From NCBI GenBank assembly GCA_008080735.1, contig SHMW01000014.1:11490-75489 (forward strand): 64,000 nt of DNA, read 5' to 3'. Shown piece after piece: positions 50,320-59,716 of the stretch (position 1 is its first letter; each line of letters begins with the position of its first letter). This stretch comes from Promethearchaeota archaeon. GTDB lineage: Archaea; Asgardarchaeota; Lokiarchaeia; Sigyniarchaeales; SOKP01. Position numbers and translations under genes: made by a program. The notes below the pieces were generated by a model. That model had not been told where the DNA came from. It was given only the letters and a program-made list of their open reading frames with translations, and ran no database searches.

Positions 50320-50640
50320 CTATTTTAAGTATATAATTGGAATATGAAAATTATAAATGTGGAATTTAATGACAGAATTCAAAATTAACAAATATTTAAA
50401 ATTAAATTCTTTACACCCAGTATATCGAGGGTGAGTTATTTTCTTTCTAAAATCTGTAAAAACATCATGATTCCATGCTTCATACAGATTGAATTTATGA
50501 AGATCTACACCATGATCCGCTTGCATAAAAGAGCAGGATTTTGCTCTTAAGCTCCAATCCACGTAGCAAGAATAACGAGCTCCATTGCATCCATTGCATC
50601 CTCTCTGATTTTCTTTTTGGATTATATTGGTCTCTTTTAG
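50320..50640 (-). pseudogene. Radical SAM SPASM-domain remnant
   Basis: GCNGCNGARYSCYVDWSLRAKSCSF...LYEAWNHDVFTDFRKKI...GCKE (SPASM-like). No radical SAM core upstream; 9-bp tandem duplication GGATGCAAT. Confidence 0.55.
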
Positions 50641-50723
50641 CTCTTAGGTTATACAAGACTTTAATTTCTTGATAAAGGAGAACCATTCCAGTTAAAAGGA
50701 AGATTGCAAAAAAGAATTAAATC

Positions 50724-50966
50724 ATGCATAATTTGTATTTTCTAAATTTAATGGTGAATTTAGTGAGTATCGAAAAGCTTGAAAAACAAGTAGAAGACCT
50801 CATGGAGCAGCGAGATGAACTAGAAGAAAACTGTGATACTCTTCCTCAATGCAAAGACGAAAACGGCTGTTCTTCTTGTGATATTTATACAAAAATCGAG
50901 AAGATTGATAACAAAATTGAGGAAATTGAAGAGCAGATTGAAAAAATAATGTCAGAAGATGAATAA
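50724..50966 (+). CDS. Small acidic coiled-coil protein with a central four-Cys loop (start may be 50751)
   Basis: Heptad helices flank CDTLPQCKDENGCSSC. Confidence 0.65.
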   Translation: MHNLYFLNLMVNLVSIEKLEKQVEDLMEQRDELEENCDTLPQCKDENGCSSCDIYTKIEKIDNKIEEIEEQIEKIMSEDE

Positions 50967-51137
50967 CCTCATCAAAGTGTATTTAATCATAACTTCCTAT
51001 TAGAATTCAACGATTTATTCCCTATTTTTTCTTAATCTTCTTTTTTGCCTTCTTTATTATATCTAATCTATTATCATCAAATTGATTGGATAAATATACC
51101 GATTTAAAAAAAGAAAAAAGGAAATTGTTATTTGATC

Positions 51138-52451
51138 TTATATCCCTGACATCTTATATAGCGTTCTAAGGGCTCTACTCATGATATATTGTTGAATCTG
51201 TCTACTACCTCCCACAATCTCCTGAATCCTAGAGATGTTTATATAATCATGCATCAAGGTGTTATCGCAGAGTCCCGCTCCGCCCATCAAATTCCCTGCT
51301 TCATAACAAACATCCTTAGACAGCTTTGCTGCTTGATATTTCAGTTGGGATGCTGATGCAACCATTGCCTGTTGGATATTTCCTGGAATCTCCATATCTC
51401 CTCCGAATTTTTCAACTTTCTCATCATATGCTTGACAGAATTTAAGCATTGCCAGACTTAGATTCGTGGTCTGTGCCCATAAGTCGCTCAGTAAAAAGCC
51501 TACCCCTTGAAACTTAAGAATCTCTTGATTAAATTGCTCTCTCAAGTTAGCATAGATAGCAGCGTGCGCCACAGAGCCCCAACACTGTGCTAGACTCATA
51601 ATTGCAATTGAAATTCTCTCGGGAACCAATCCTTCGAAAAGATATTCCCGACCTTTCCCTGGAGCGCCTAACACATATTCCCTCGGCACATGTAAATTAT
51701 TTAATTCCTCTTTTCCAAGCCATAACTTCGGTACCCAAGGGATATTCACTCTTTCAACGTTAAAGCCATCCCAGCTTGTATCGATTAAAAACTGGGCCAT
51801 CTGATTGGGATTATTGGCTTCTGTGGTTGCATAACATACTACATACCCCGCTTTTGGAGCATTGGTATTGTAAATCTTGGTTCCGTTTAAGATAAAGCTT
51901 CCATCGTCTTGTTCATCGCATGTGGTTAATTGATGAACTGCATCGGACCCTCTGTCGGGCTCTGTTATTAAAATTGCTCCAGGTGTCTTTCCTGTTACCA
52001 TCGCTTTTAAGGCTTCTAATCTAACGGGCACATCATCATGATGCCAGTATACAGGATTCACCGCTAATACTGTTGCGCCACTCCCCATTAAGAACTGGGG
52101 AGAAAACATATCTATCGCGAGGGTTTTAATAAATTCTGCGGTTAATCCCCAATATTCATAATTGACATCTACCATATCAAAATTATGTGCGCGCGTAATA
52201 TAACCTTCTTGTCCGAAGTCTTCAACCCACTCATATAAATCCTCCTCTGGTCCGTGTGTAATATTGTTCTTTTTTTCATATCTCTGGCAAAATCGCTCTA
52301 CTTCTTTAAGAAAATTGAATTCATCCGGTGTAAGTATTGACATCAAATTGGTGTTTAAAAACGAATATCGATTCTTCAAACTGAGTTTTTCTAGAATCTC
52401 ATCATTTATAGCTTGTGTCATGTATTCTTTTGTCATTTTTTTCTTCCTCAA
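51138..52451 (-). CDS. Acyl-CoA dehydrogenase (paralog 3)
   Basis: ITEPDRGSD, LNGTKIYNTN, REQFNQEILKFQGV, IQEIVGGS. Confidence 0.93.
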   Translation of the reverse strand: MRKKKMTKEYMTQAINDEILEKLSLKNRYSFLNTNLMSILTPDEFNFLKEVERFCQRYEKKNNITHGPEEDLYEWVEDFGQEGYITRAHNFDMVDVNYEYWGLTAEFIKTLAIDMFSPQFLMGSGATVLAVNPVYWHHDDVPVRLEALKAMVTGKTPGAILITEPDRGSDAVHQLTTCDEQDDGSFILNGTKIYNTNAPKAGYVVCYATTEANNPNQMAQFLIDTSWDGFNVERVNIPWVPKLWLGKEELNNLHVPREYVLGAPGKGREYLFEGLVPERISIAIMSLAQCWGSVAHAAIYANLREQFNQEILKFQGVGFLLSDLWAQTTNLSLAMLKFCQAYDEKVEKFGGDMEIPGNIQQAMVASASQLKYQAAKLSKDVCYEAGNLMGGAGLCDNTLMHDYINISRIQEIVGGSRQIQQYIMSRALRTLYKMSGI

Positions 52452-52721
52452 AGTTAAGATTTCAATATAATTGTTACATTATATTTTGAATATTATAAAT
52501 TATGACTATTATATCTAAAACTATTGCTGAAATTTTTGGATGTGGAAGAATAATATGAATTTGTTTTCATAACTTAGCAATTCTTTCAAAACAGATGTTA
52601 AAAAAACATATTGTACTATTTTCCTTTAGTTTGGTATAGAGTAATTTAACAAATTGAAGAAATTTCCAAATAAAGAAGGAAAGATAATAAAAAAGAAGAA
52701 TTATATTTAGGGATTAATAGA

Positions 52722-54029
52722 TTATACAGACATCTTAAAGAGCGTCCGTAAGGCCAAAGACATGATATATTGCTGTATTTGACGTGAACCGCCAACTATT
52801 TCTTGGATTCGAGAAATTCCTATATAGTCTTGCATCAAGGTGTTATCGCAGAGTCCCGCACCCCCCATTAAGTTGGCCGTTTCATAGCAGACGTCCTTAC
52901 AAAGTGATGTACAATCAAATTTCAGTTGAGACGCTGCAGAAACCATTGCTTGACTAATATTTTTTGGAATTTTATCTTCCCCTCCGAATTTTTCGACTTT
53001 CTCATCAAACGCTTCACAGAACTTCAGTAACGCAAGAGTTAAGTTTGTCGTCCTCGCCCAATAGCTCGAGAGAAGGAATCCGACCCCTTGAAATTTGAGG
53101 ATCTCTTGATCGAATTGTTTCCTCATGTTGGCATAGATTGCAGCGTGTGCCACGGAACCCCAACATTCACATATGGCCATAATGGCGATTCCTATACGCT
53201 CGGGGACAAGTCCTTCGAATAAATGTTCTCGACCTTTTCCCACCCCTCCTAAAATATATTCTGGAGGTATGTGTAAGTTTTCAAAATGTTCTTTACCAAG
53301 ATACACTTTTGGTACCCACGGAATGAAGACTCTGTCGCAATGCCATCCCTCCCAATCCGTATCAACAAGGAATTGTGCCATTTTATTACCATTGTTCTTT
53401 TCCGCTGTAGCATAAATAACCGCCCATTTGGAACGGGGTGCGTTAGTATTATAGATTTTATCACCATTTATAATATAACTTCCATCCTCTTGCTCATCGC
53501 ATGTTGTGAGTTGGTGGACGGCATCCGAGCCTCTTTCTGGCTCTGTAATGCATATACATCCAGGAGCATTCCCAATGACTAAATCCTTTAATGCTTCTAA
53601 CCTGATGGGAACATCATCATGATGCCAATGGAGGGGATTAATTGCAAGAACAGTTGCTCCGCCTGCCATCGCAAATTGCGGATCGAACATATCCATCGCC
53701 AAATTCCGCATCAATTCAACGGTTAACCCAAACTCTTCATAATTAAGATCACACTCTTTAAACGGATGTGCCCTGGAAATATAACCTTTCTTCCCGAAAT
53801 CGGGAATCCATTCATAAATATCCTCTTCTGGTCCATGTGTGATTTCATTCTTTTTTTCATATCTCATGCAAAACCTTTGCACGTCTCTGAGAAATCCAAA
53901 CTCTTCTGGCGTTAAGATACTCATCAAATTATTATTTAAGAAGTTGTAGCGATTTTTCAAGCTTAATCCTTCCAAAATATCATCGTTTATTGCCTGAGTC
54001 TGAAATTTTTGACCCATCTTTCTTTTCAC
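52722..54029 (-). CDS. Acyl-CoA dehydrogenase (paralog 2)
   Basis: ITEPERGSD, INGDKIYNTN, RKQFDQEILKFQGV, IQEIVGGS. Confidence 0.93.
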   Translation of the reverse strand: MKRKMGQKFQTQAINDDILEGLSLKNRYNFLNNNLMSILTPEEFGFLRDVQRFCMRYEKKNEITHGPEEDIYEWIPDFGKKGYISRAHPFKECDLNYEEFGLTVELMRNLAMDMFDPQFAMAGGATVLAINPLHWHHDDVPIRLEALKDLVIGNAPGCICITEPERGSDAVHQLTTCDEQEDGSYIINGDKIYNTNAPRSKWAVIYATAEKNNGNKMAQFLVDTDWEGWHCDRVFIPWVPKVYLGKEHFENLHIPPEYILGGVGKGREHLFEGLVPERIGIAIMAICECWGSVAHAAIYANMRKQFDQEILKFQGVGFLLSSYWARTTNLTLALLKFCEAFDEKVEKFGGEDKIPKNISQAMVSAASQLKFDCTSLCKDVCYETANLMGGAGLCDNTLMQDYIGISRIQEIVGGSRQIQQYIMSLALRTLFKMSV

Positions 54030-54200
54030 ATACTTTTCTTATTTATTCTAATCAATTTTAGCAGTATTAACTACTACTAATTCTAATTATATGCTTTGTC
54101 GAAGAAATATAAAAACATTTATACTCGAGTATATTAAATGTAGAAAAATAGGAAAAAGAAAAAAAGAAAGTGGCTTAAGTGTCTGAAAGGATCAATCCAA

Positions 54201-55502
54201 TTAAACAGACATTTTAAACAAGGTTCGTAATGCCATGCTCATGATGTATTGCTGGATTTGTCGACTACCACCAACAATTTCTTGGATCCGTGAAATATTC
54301 ACGTAATCATGGGTTAAAGTGTTATCACTTAATCCGGCACCACCCATTAAGTTGGCACATTCATAGCACACATCCTTGGAAAGCATTGTCGCATGGTATT
54401 TAAATTGAGACGCGGATGCGACCATCGCTTGACTAATATTCTTGGGAATCTTATCTTCTCCGCCGAACTTTTCGACCTTCTCGTCAAAAGCTTCAGCGAA
54501 TTTCAATAATCCAAGCGTGACGTTAGTTGTTCGTGCCCACAAATCGGTTAACAAGAAACCTACGCCTTGGAACTTAAGAATTGCTTGATTAAACTGTTCT
54601 CTTAGGTTGGCATAAATCGCAGCAAATTCTAAAGCACCCCAACATTGAGCTATAGCACCATAGGCTATACCTATCCGTTCAGGAACTAATCCCTCAAAAA
54701 GATGTTCTCGCCCTTTTCCTATACCGCCAAGAATATATTCTTTTGGTACACGGAGATTATCTAAATGTTCTCGTCCGAGATATAATTTAGGAACCCACGG
54801 AATAAAGACTCTATCACAATTCCATCCTTCCCAATCAGTATTGATTAAGAACTGAGCCATTTTATTCCCGTTATTCTTCTCAGCAGTGGCGTATGCGACT
54901 GCCCATTTACTTTTCGGAGCGTTTGTGTTATAGATCTTTTCTCCATTTAAGATAAAGCTTCCATCGCCTTGTTCTTCACACGTGGTTAATTGATGTACAG
55001 CATCTGACCCTCTCTCAGGTTCTGTAATTAATATGCAACCCGCAGCTTGTCCAGTTACAAGATCTTCTAATGCTTCTAGTCGTTCTGGAATGTTTTCGTG
55101 ATGCATGTAAATGGGGTTAATAGCCAATACTGTAGCTCCGCTTCCCATTGCGAATTGTGGATCAAAGTTATCGATTGCGAGATATCTTAACATGTCGGCG
55201 ACTGCACCGTGTTGCTCATAGTTTTGGTCGATTTCGGTGAACGCATGAGCACGAGTAATGTAACCCTTCTTTCCAAAATCGGGTATCCAATCATAGACAT
55301 CTTCTTCTGGACCGTGTGTGACTTTCTTTTCGTATCGTTCACAGAATCGCTCAACTTCCCTGAGCCAGCTAAATTGCTCGGGAGTTAAGATGCTCATCAG
55401 ATTGTTATTCAAGAACTTGTATCGGTTCTTGAGGCTCATCGCTTCTAAAATATCGTCATTGATCGCTTGTGTTTGAAATTTTTTAGCCATATTTTTTCTC
55501 AT
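54201..55502 (-). CDS. Acyl-CoA dehydrogenase (paralog 1)
   Basis: ITEPERGSD, LNGEKIYNTN, REQFNQAILKFQGV, IQEIVGGS. Confidence 0.93.
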   Translation of the reverse strand: MRKNMAKKFQTQAINDDILEAMSLKNRYKFLNNNLMSILTPEQFSWLREVERFCERYEKKVTHGPEEDVYDWIPDFGKKGYITRAHAFTEIDQNYEQHGAVADMLRYLAIDNFDPQFAMGSGATVLAINPIYMHHENIPERLEALEDLVTGQAAGCILITEPERGSDAVHQLTTCEEQGDGSFILNGEKIYNTNAPKSKWAVAYATAEKNNGNKMAQFLINTDWEGWNCDRVFIPWVPKLYLGREHLDNLRVPKEYILGGIGKGREHLFEGLVPERIGIAYGAIAQCWGALEFAAIYANLREQFNQAILKFQGVGFLLTDLWARTTNVTLGLLKFAEAFDEKVEKFGGEDKIPKNISQAMVASASQFKYHATMLSKDVCYECANLMGGAGLSDNTLTHDYVNISRIQEIVGGSRQIQQYIMSMALRTLFKMSV

Positions 55503-55657
55503 CTAATATTTTTAATTATGTATTATAATAGGGAATTAAGAAACATTTTTTAATTTTGTTTAAATCGAAATGAGAGTATTGAAAAATGTAATACAAATTA
55601 TTGAAATTGGATTGTAAGGTTTATACTTTGGTCAACCCAATTAATGTGATCAAATAC

Positions 55658-56410
55658 TTATGTGATTAGATTTCTAAGCCGATTACTGAATTTCTTAGTG
55701 GTAATTAAGCTGGTTTCAAAGGGACAATTTTCCTTAAACAACACAACTGATATAAAATGTTCATTAATGCCTTTTAATGATAAAATACCAAAATCCTCTA
55801 GAGAAATCAATTCGTTGATCTTATAATTGCCAGTTATAAACCTTCCTTCAAGCAATCTAATAATCTCTGATAACACATGGGGGTCTAAATATGACACGAT
55901 TACTCGCCCAGTTTGAGTTAATAGTGCTGATGAGACCACATACACAGAAAAAGTTTGTAGTTCATTGAATACTTCAATTATATCATTTTTCACATCATCA
56001 GATACTAATGGTTTATTATTTTCGAATATATTTTCGATGTTTTGTTCAAAATCGTTAAACTTAGAAATCTCTCCATCAAATTTGTGAGTGAGGTCATCTT
56101 GATCAAATTTTTGGAGAAATTGGGCCTTGACTTCTCGTAATTGATTTCTCAGTTCTACGAGATTATCTGTTCTATCGGCGAATAATGCAAATAATAATTC
56201 ATCCCGTCCAATCCGTTCAATTTCAAAAATAAAACGAAAGGGACCGACTTCAATCTCACTAAGTTTTTCTGTTTTTAGTGTTTGCTTAACGAATGAAAAT
56301 ATAGCACTTAAAAAACTACTGGTTAATTTCACATCGAAAATATCTTCATAAGTTTTATAAAAGATTAGTTCTCCTGTATTTCCTTTCTGTATAAAGACGT
56401 TTTTTATCAT
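55658..56410 (-). CDS. Longin-like + Roadblock/LC7 fusion protein (eukaryotic-signature type)
   Basis: N-half follows the longin pattern (NVFIQ..GELIF...LTSSFLSAIFSF...EIEVG.FRFIF...LFALFAD...QFLQKF). C-half follows the roadblock pattern (VVSSALLTQTGRVIVS...ELIS....ILSLKGI...ISVVL). Confidence 0.7.
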   Translation of the reverse strand: MIKNVFIQKGNTGELIFYKTYEDIFDVKLTSSFLSAIFSFVKQTLKTEKLSEIEVGPFRFIFEIERIGRDELLFALFADRTDNLVELRNQLREVKAQFLQKFDQDDLTHKFDGEISKFNDFEQNIENIFENNKPLVSDDVKNDIIEVFNELQTFSVYVVSSALLTQTGRVIVSYLDPHVLSEIIRLLEGRFITGNYKINELISLEDFGILSLKGINEHFISVVLFKENCPFETSLITTKKFSNRLRNLIT

Positions 56411-56630
56411 TGTGACGGATAGATGATGTTTAATGTTGCGTTAAAGAGACAACCCTATATAAACAACAAATAAATCTATCTATAAAAAGATTTACTCACA
56501 TTAAATTCTATAGGCTCAGTCTATTCTTCTCTTTTAGAGAATGCTAGAGAATTATATGTTTTATAAAACATAATGAACAAAAATGAAAATATCAAGAGAG
56601 AAAAAGAAATAGACTGGGATTTGATCTTAT

Positions 56631-57413
56631 TTAAAAACCGTCAAATTTCGCCCATTCATCTTCCTCTTCTTCAAATTCCTCATATTCATCATCCTCTTCG
56701 AGCTCTTCGTACTCCTCACCCTCTTCATAACGAACCTCCTCCTCATATTCATATTCCTCCTCATCAAAGCTTAATGCCTTCTCCAGCTCCGAGATAGACT
56801 CTTCTTGAGGTGCGGCAACTCTGACCTGTGGTACGGGTTCGGCTTCTTCCTCTTCTTCTTTCTTTTTTTCTACAAGTTTCAAGTAGTCTCCATGGATTTT
56901 GATGGTAATTGGGGTCTCTTCTTGTAATAAACGAACAACTACTTCCTCATTGCTAGAAGTATCATGGGGCATTCTCATTACCTTTGCCCGTGCACCTTCA
57001 AATACGCCGCTAATAATTTCGACTGTATCTCCGACTTCCAGAAATTCGGTCACGGAGCGTGGTAAGAGTACATGCTTTATCTCCTCTAATACGATATTTT
57101 GGACAATTCTGCCCTTAATATGCGGGATCCCTTGTACTGCGATTTGCACATCTCGCTTTTGAGGAGCTTCAAAAAAGATATACCCCGGAAGTAAAGGAGA
57201 GACCAACATAGCTTTAATATCGGGAATGACATCTAAAATTCTAAAGCGATAAAAGATCTGTTTTAGTATGTTACTTTCCTGATTGATGGTGGTGCGCACG
57301 GCAAATAAAGTGGTCAGATCTTCTTGCCCTTCCACCTGAGCACTGCTTACAGCCTCGTCAGCATCAATATCTTCTACTTCCGGATCCGTAAATTTCTCTT
57401 CCTGCTCGGTCAT
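56631..57413 (-). CDS. spt5: Transcription elongation factor Spt5 (NGN+KOW) with acidic N- and C-terminal extensions
   Basis: FAVRTTINQE, LPGYIFFEA, GIPHIKG (NGN domain); GDTVEIISGVFEGARAKV (KOW). Confidence 0.93.
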   Translation of the reverse strand: MTEQEEKFTDPEVEDIDADEAVSSAQVEGQEDLTTLFAVRTTINQESNILKQIFYRFRILDVIPDIKAMLVSPLLPGYIFFEAPQKRDVQIAVQGIPHIKGRIVQNIVLEEIKHVLLPRSVTEFLEVGDTVEIISGVFEGARAKVMRMPHDTSSNEEVVVRLLQEETPITIKIHGDYLKLVEKKKEEEEEAEPVPQVRVAAPQEESISELEKALSFDEEEYEYEEEVRYEEGEEYEELEEDDEYEEFEEEEDEWAKFDGF

Positions 57414-57613
57414 CTTTTCTCTCTACCTAATTTGAATTGTTCTTAATTTGATGGTTCAATAAATTATTAGAAAAATAAGTTATATAAAACTAAGTGTTAC
57501 GATGGTTAAAAAATTTTTGATGCCTATAAGTGAAATTAGAATCCGTCGAAATACCCTAAAAATCTAGGGGAGAGGTGTAAAATATGGAGGTTTTAAAAAG
57601 CTGTAGAACCCTT

Positions 57614-57958
57614 TTATACGGGGATGTTGTTAATATCAAGGATTTCAGGAATTTTGCCGTGCCTTTGTAACCAAGACACTTCATTTTTTTTATAACGCCA
57701 AGTAATTTCACATTTCCCGAGCTGGTCTTTCGTTTCGGTTTCCCAATCCCATGGATTTACGACCACCAAATCTCCCTTACGTATCCATACCCGCTTTTTG
57801 ATTTTTCCCCGAATACGTCCAATTCTATGTTTACCATCCTCACAAAACACACGCATTCGATCATTTCCGTAGATATCAATCACACGCGCAAACATCTCGC
57901 CAGCACGTCGATTTGGCGCCTTTACCCGTCCCACACCCTCATCAGAATCTCTACTCAT
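57614..57958 (-). CDS. eif1a: Translation initiation factor aIF-1A
   Basis: GEMFARV...GNDRMRVFCEDGKHRIGRIRGKIKKRVWIRKGDLVVVNPWDW...ITWRY. Confidence 0.95.
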   Translation of the reverse strand: MSRDSDEGVGRVKAPNRRAGEMFARVIDIYGNDRMRVFCEDGKHRIGRIRGKIKKRVWIRKGDLVVVNPWDWETETKDQLGKCEITWRYKKNEVSWLQRHGKIPEILDINNIPV

Positions 57959-58015
57959 ACTTTTTTCCTTTGATTAATTAATTGAAATTTAATTATAATT
58001 TTATAATGAATATAC

Positions 58016-58366
58016 TTAGATTTTATCATCAGGTTTATAATCTCCTTTAATAAAAATCACCTTTATTGGCTCTGATGAATCGTTTCGAATGTTATGCATT
58101 TCTTTTGGTTCAATAAGAAATACACTCCCTTCGGGGGCCTTATATTCCTTTTTATCCACTAGCATAATTCCGTCTCCTTCCATAAAATAAAATGTTTCAT
58201 CAATAATATTATGACCGTGGGCTTTATCAGCCATTTTATCACCGGGCATAATTTTAATAACCCCCCAATCGATGCTGGGTCCTCGCATAAGGTATTTCAC
58301 CCCAGAATCACCATCGCGATATTCAAAATCTTGTTCACTTACTCTTTTCATAAAAATATCACTCAA
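58016..58366 (-). CDS. Cupin-domain protein
   Basis: HGHNIIDETFYFMEG and EPKEMHNIRN cupin motifs. Confidence 0.9.
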   Translation of the reverse strand: MSDIFMKRVSEQDFEYRDGDSGVKYLMRGPSIDWGVIKIMPGDKMADKAHGHNIIDETFYFMEGDGIMLVDKKEYKAPEGSVFLIEPKEMHNIRNDSSEPIKVIFIKGDYKPDDKI

Positions 58367-58484
58367 ACGTTTCCAATAAGGTTTAGGAAATAATATTCTA
58401 CGTTCTTAATAATTTTTATTATAATAAGCTAAAAACTTTGGTCTGAGAAATATGTAAAATTCATATCTATTCCCACGACTATTT

Positions 58485-59012
58485 TTAAAGTTTCCCTAAC
58501 TCTTCAAGGATGTTAATCGTAAGAATTTCAAAGGATTTCTTTACATTTTCTCCCGTCTTAGACGATATTTTCAAGTAGTCGATTAAATCATAATGTTCCA
58601 TCAATTCTTCCACATACTCCTCATTAACCGATATCTCGTCTTTTAAATCATTTTTTGTGCCTATAAATAAAATAGGGAGTTGATCATTATCTGATCGACA
58701 AATTTCAATCCATTGTCCAATTCTATCAAGAGTTAACGGACGAGTCAAATCGAACATTAACAGGGCACCTTTCGCCCCAGAAGTATAGGATTTCAATAAA
58801 AAACGAAATCGCTCTTGTCCTCCAAAATCCCATAGTTGGAGCATTATGTTTTTTCCTTCAATATTAACTTCTTTAAGAAAGAATTCTACTCCAATTGTCA
58901 TCTTGGTATTTGCTTCAAATTTGCCTTCGACATAGCGATGGAGTAGCGTTGTTTTGCCCACCCCGCCTTCTCCTGCCGTCAATACTTTTAACACAATGGG
59001 TTTCCCAGACAT
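58485..59012 (-). CDS. Rab-like small GTPase
   Basis: G1 GEGGVGKT, TIGVEF, G3 WDFGGQERF, G4 TKND, G5 SSK. Confidence 0.93.
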   Translation of the reverse strand: MSGKPIVLKVLTAGEGGVGKTTLLHRYVEGKFEANTKMTIGVEFFLKEVNIEGKNIMLQLWDFGGQERFRFLLKSYTSGAKGALLMFDLTRPLTLDRIGQWIEICRSDNDQLPILFIGTKNDLKDEISVNEEYVEELMEHYDLIDYLKISSKTGENVKKSFEILTINILEELGKL

Positions 59013-59183
59013 TTTCCTCGATAGAATAATTTGATTTAGTGTTATTTAAACAAAAGACCTTATTTCCTAATTATAAAATTCACATTAAAACATTACGAAA
59101 TGAACGTTTTAGTATATATGATTAAACTAGCCTATGATTTAAATAATTATTTTTTTAATTTTTTTTTTATTTTTCTTACAGTT

Positions 59184-59645
59184 TTACACTCTTGTTATAG
59201 AAATAAATTGTTTTTGTTTTAAATAAATTGCAGAAATTTGTGATTGTTTAGCTTTTTTTCTTAATTCATAATCATTTGTCGCTAAAAATATATGATGATA
59301 TATATCTTTCAAACTTAGCACCTTTCTAAGAAGAAATTCGTCCGTTGTTTCATCTTTTTCTTTCACTTCATCAATAAAAGAAATATGGTACTCTTGTCTC
59401 TTCATTTCTAAATAGCGTTTTCCCGCCTCAAATTGAGCTCGAAATTTGTTATTTTTTCCTTTTTTCGCTAACCGCTTTTGTTTAGCTTTAAGTTCATCAT
59501 ATACTTGCTGATAAATAATAAAATGAGTTGCCCCTTCCAATAGATAAACTATATCCTCAATGTAATCAATGCGAAATTGAATGGGAAGCAAAATAAAATT
59601 AGAATCCACCACGACAACATTATTATCCCGTTCTCTCTTATCCAT
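59184..59645 (-). CDS. PIN-domain nuclease, archaeal Fcf1/Utp24-like
   Basis: VVVDSNF, VYDEL, TDEFLL, LATNDYELRKK. Confidence 0.85.
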   Translation of the reverse strand: MDKRERDNNVVVVDSNFILLPIQFRIDYIEDIVYLLEGATHFIIYQQVYDELKAKQKRLAKKGKNNKFRAQFEAGKRYLEMKRQEYHISFIDEVKEKDETTDEFLLRKVLSLKDIYHHIFLATNDYELRKKAKQSQISAIYLKQKQFISITRV

Positions 59646-59716
59646 TATACCTTTTCATATAGAAATTTTTCAACTAAATTAATATTTTTATAAAGATAAG
59701 AAGAAAATTTTGAATC

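Noticed and set aside
56631-56680. Acidic-DEW motif of the Spt5 tail as an Arp2/3-binding (WASP-like) motif
   Set aside because: There is no WH2 or central region, and the host protein is a transcription factor; the match is a low-complexity coincidence.
56573-56797. Pro/His-rich 74-aa ORF on the + strand
   Set aside because: It is the antisense shadow of the Glu-rich Spt5 tail.
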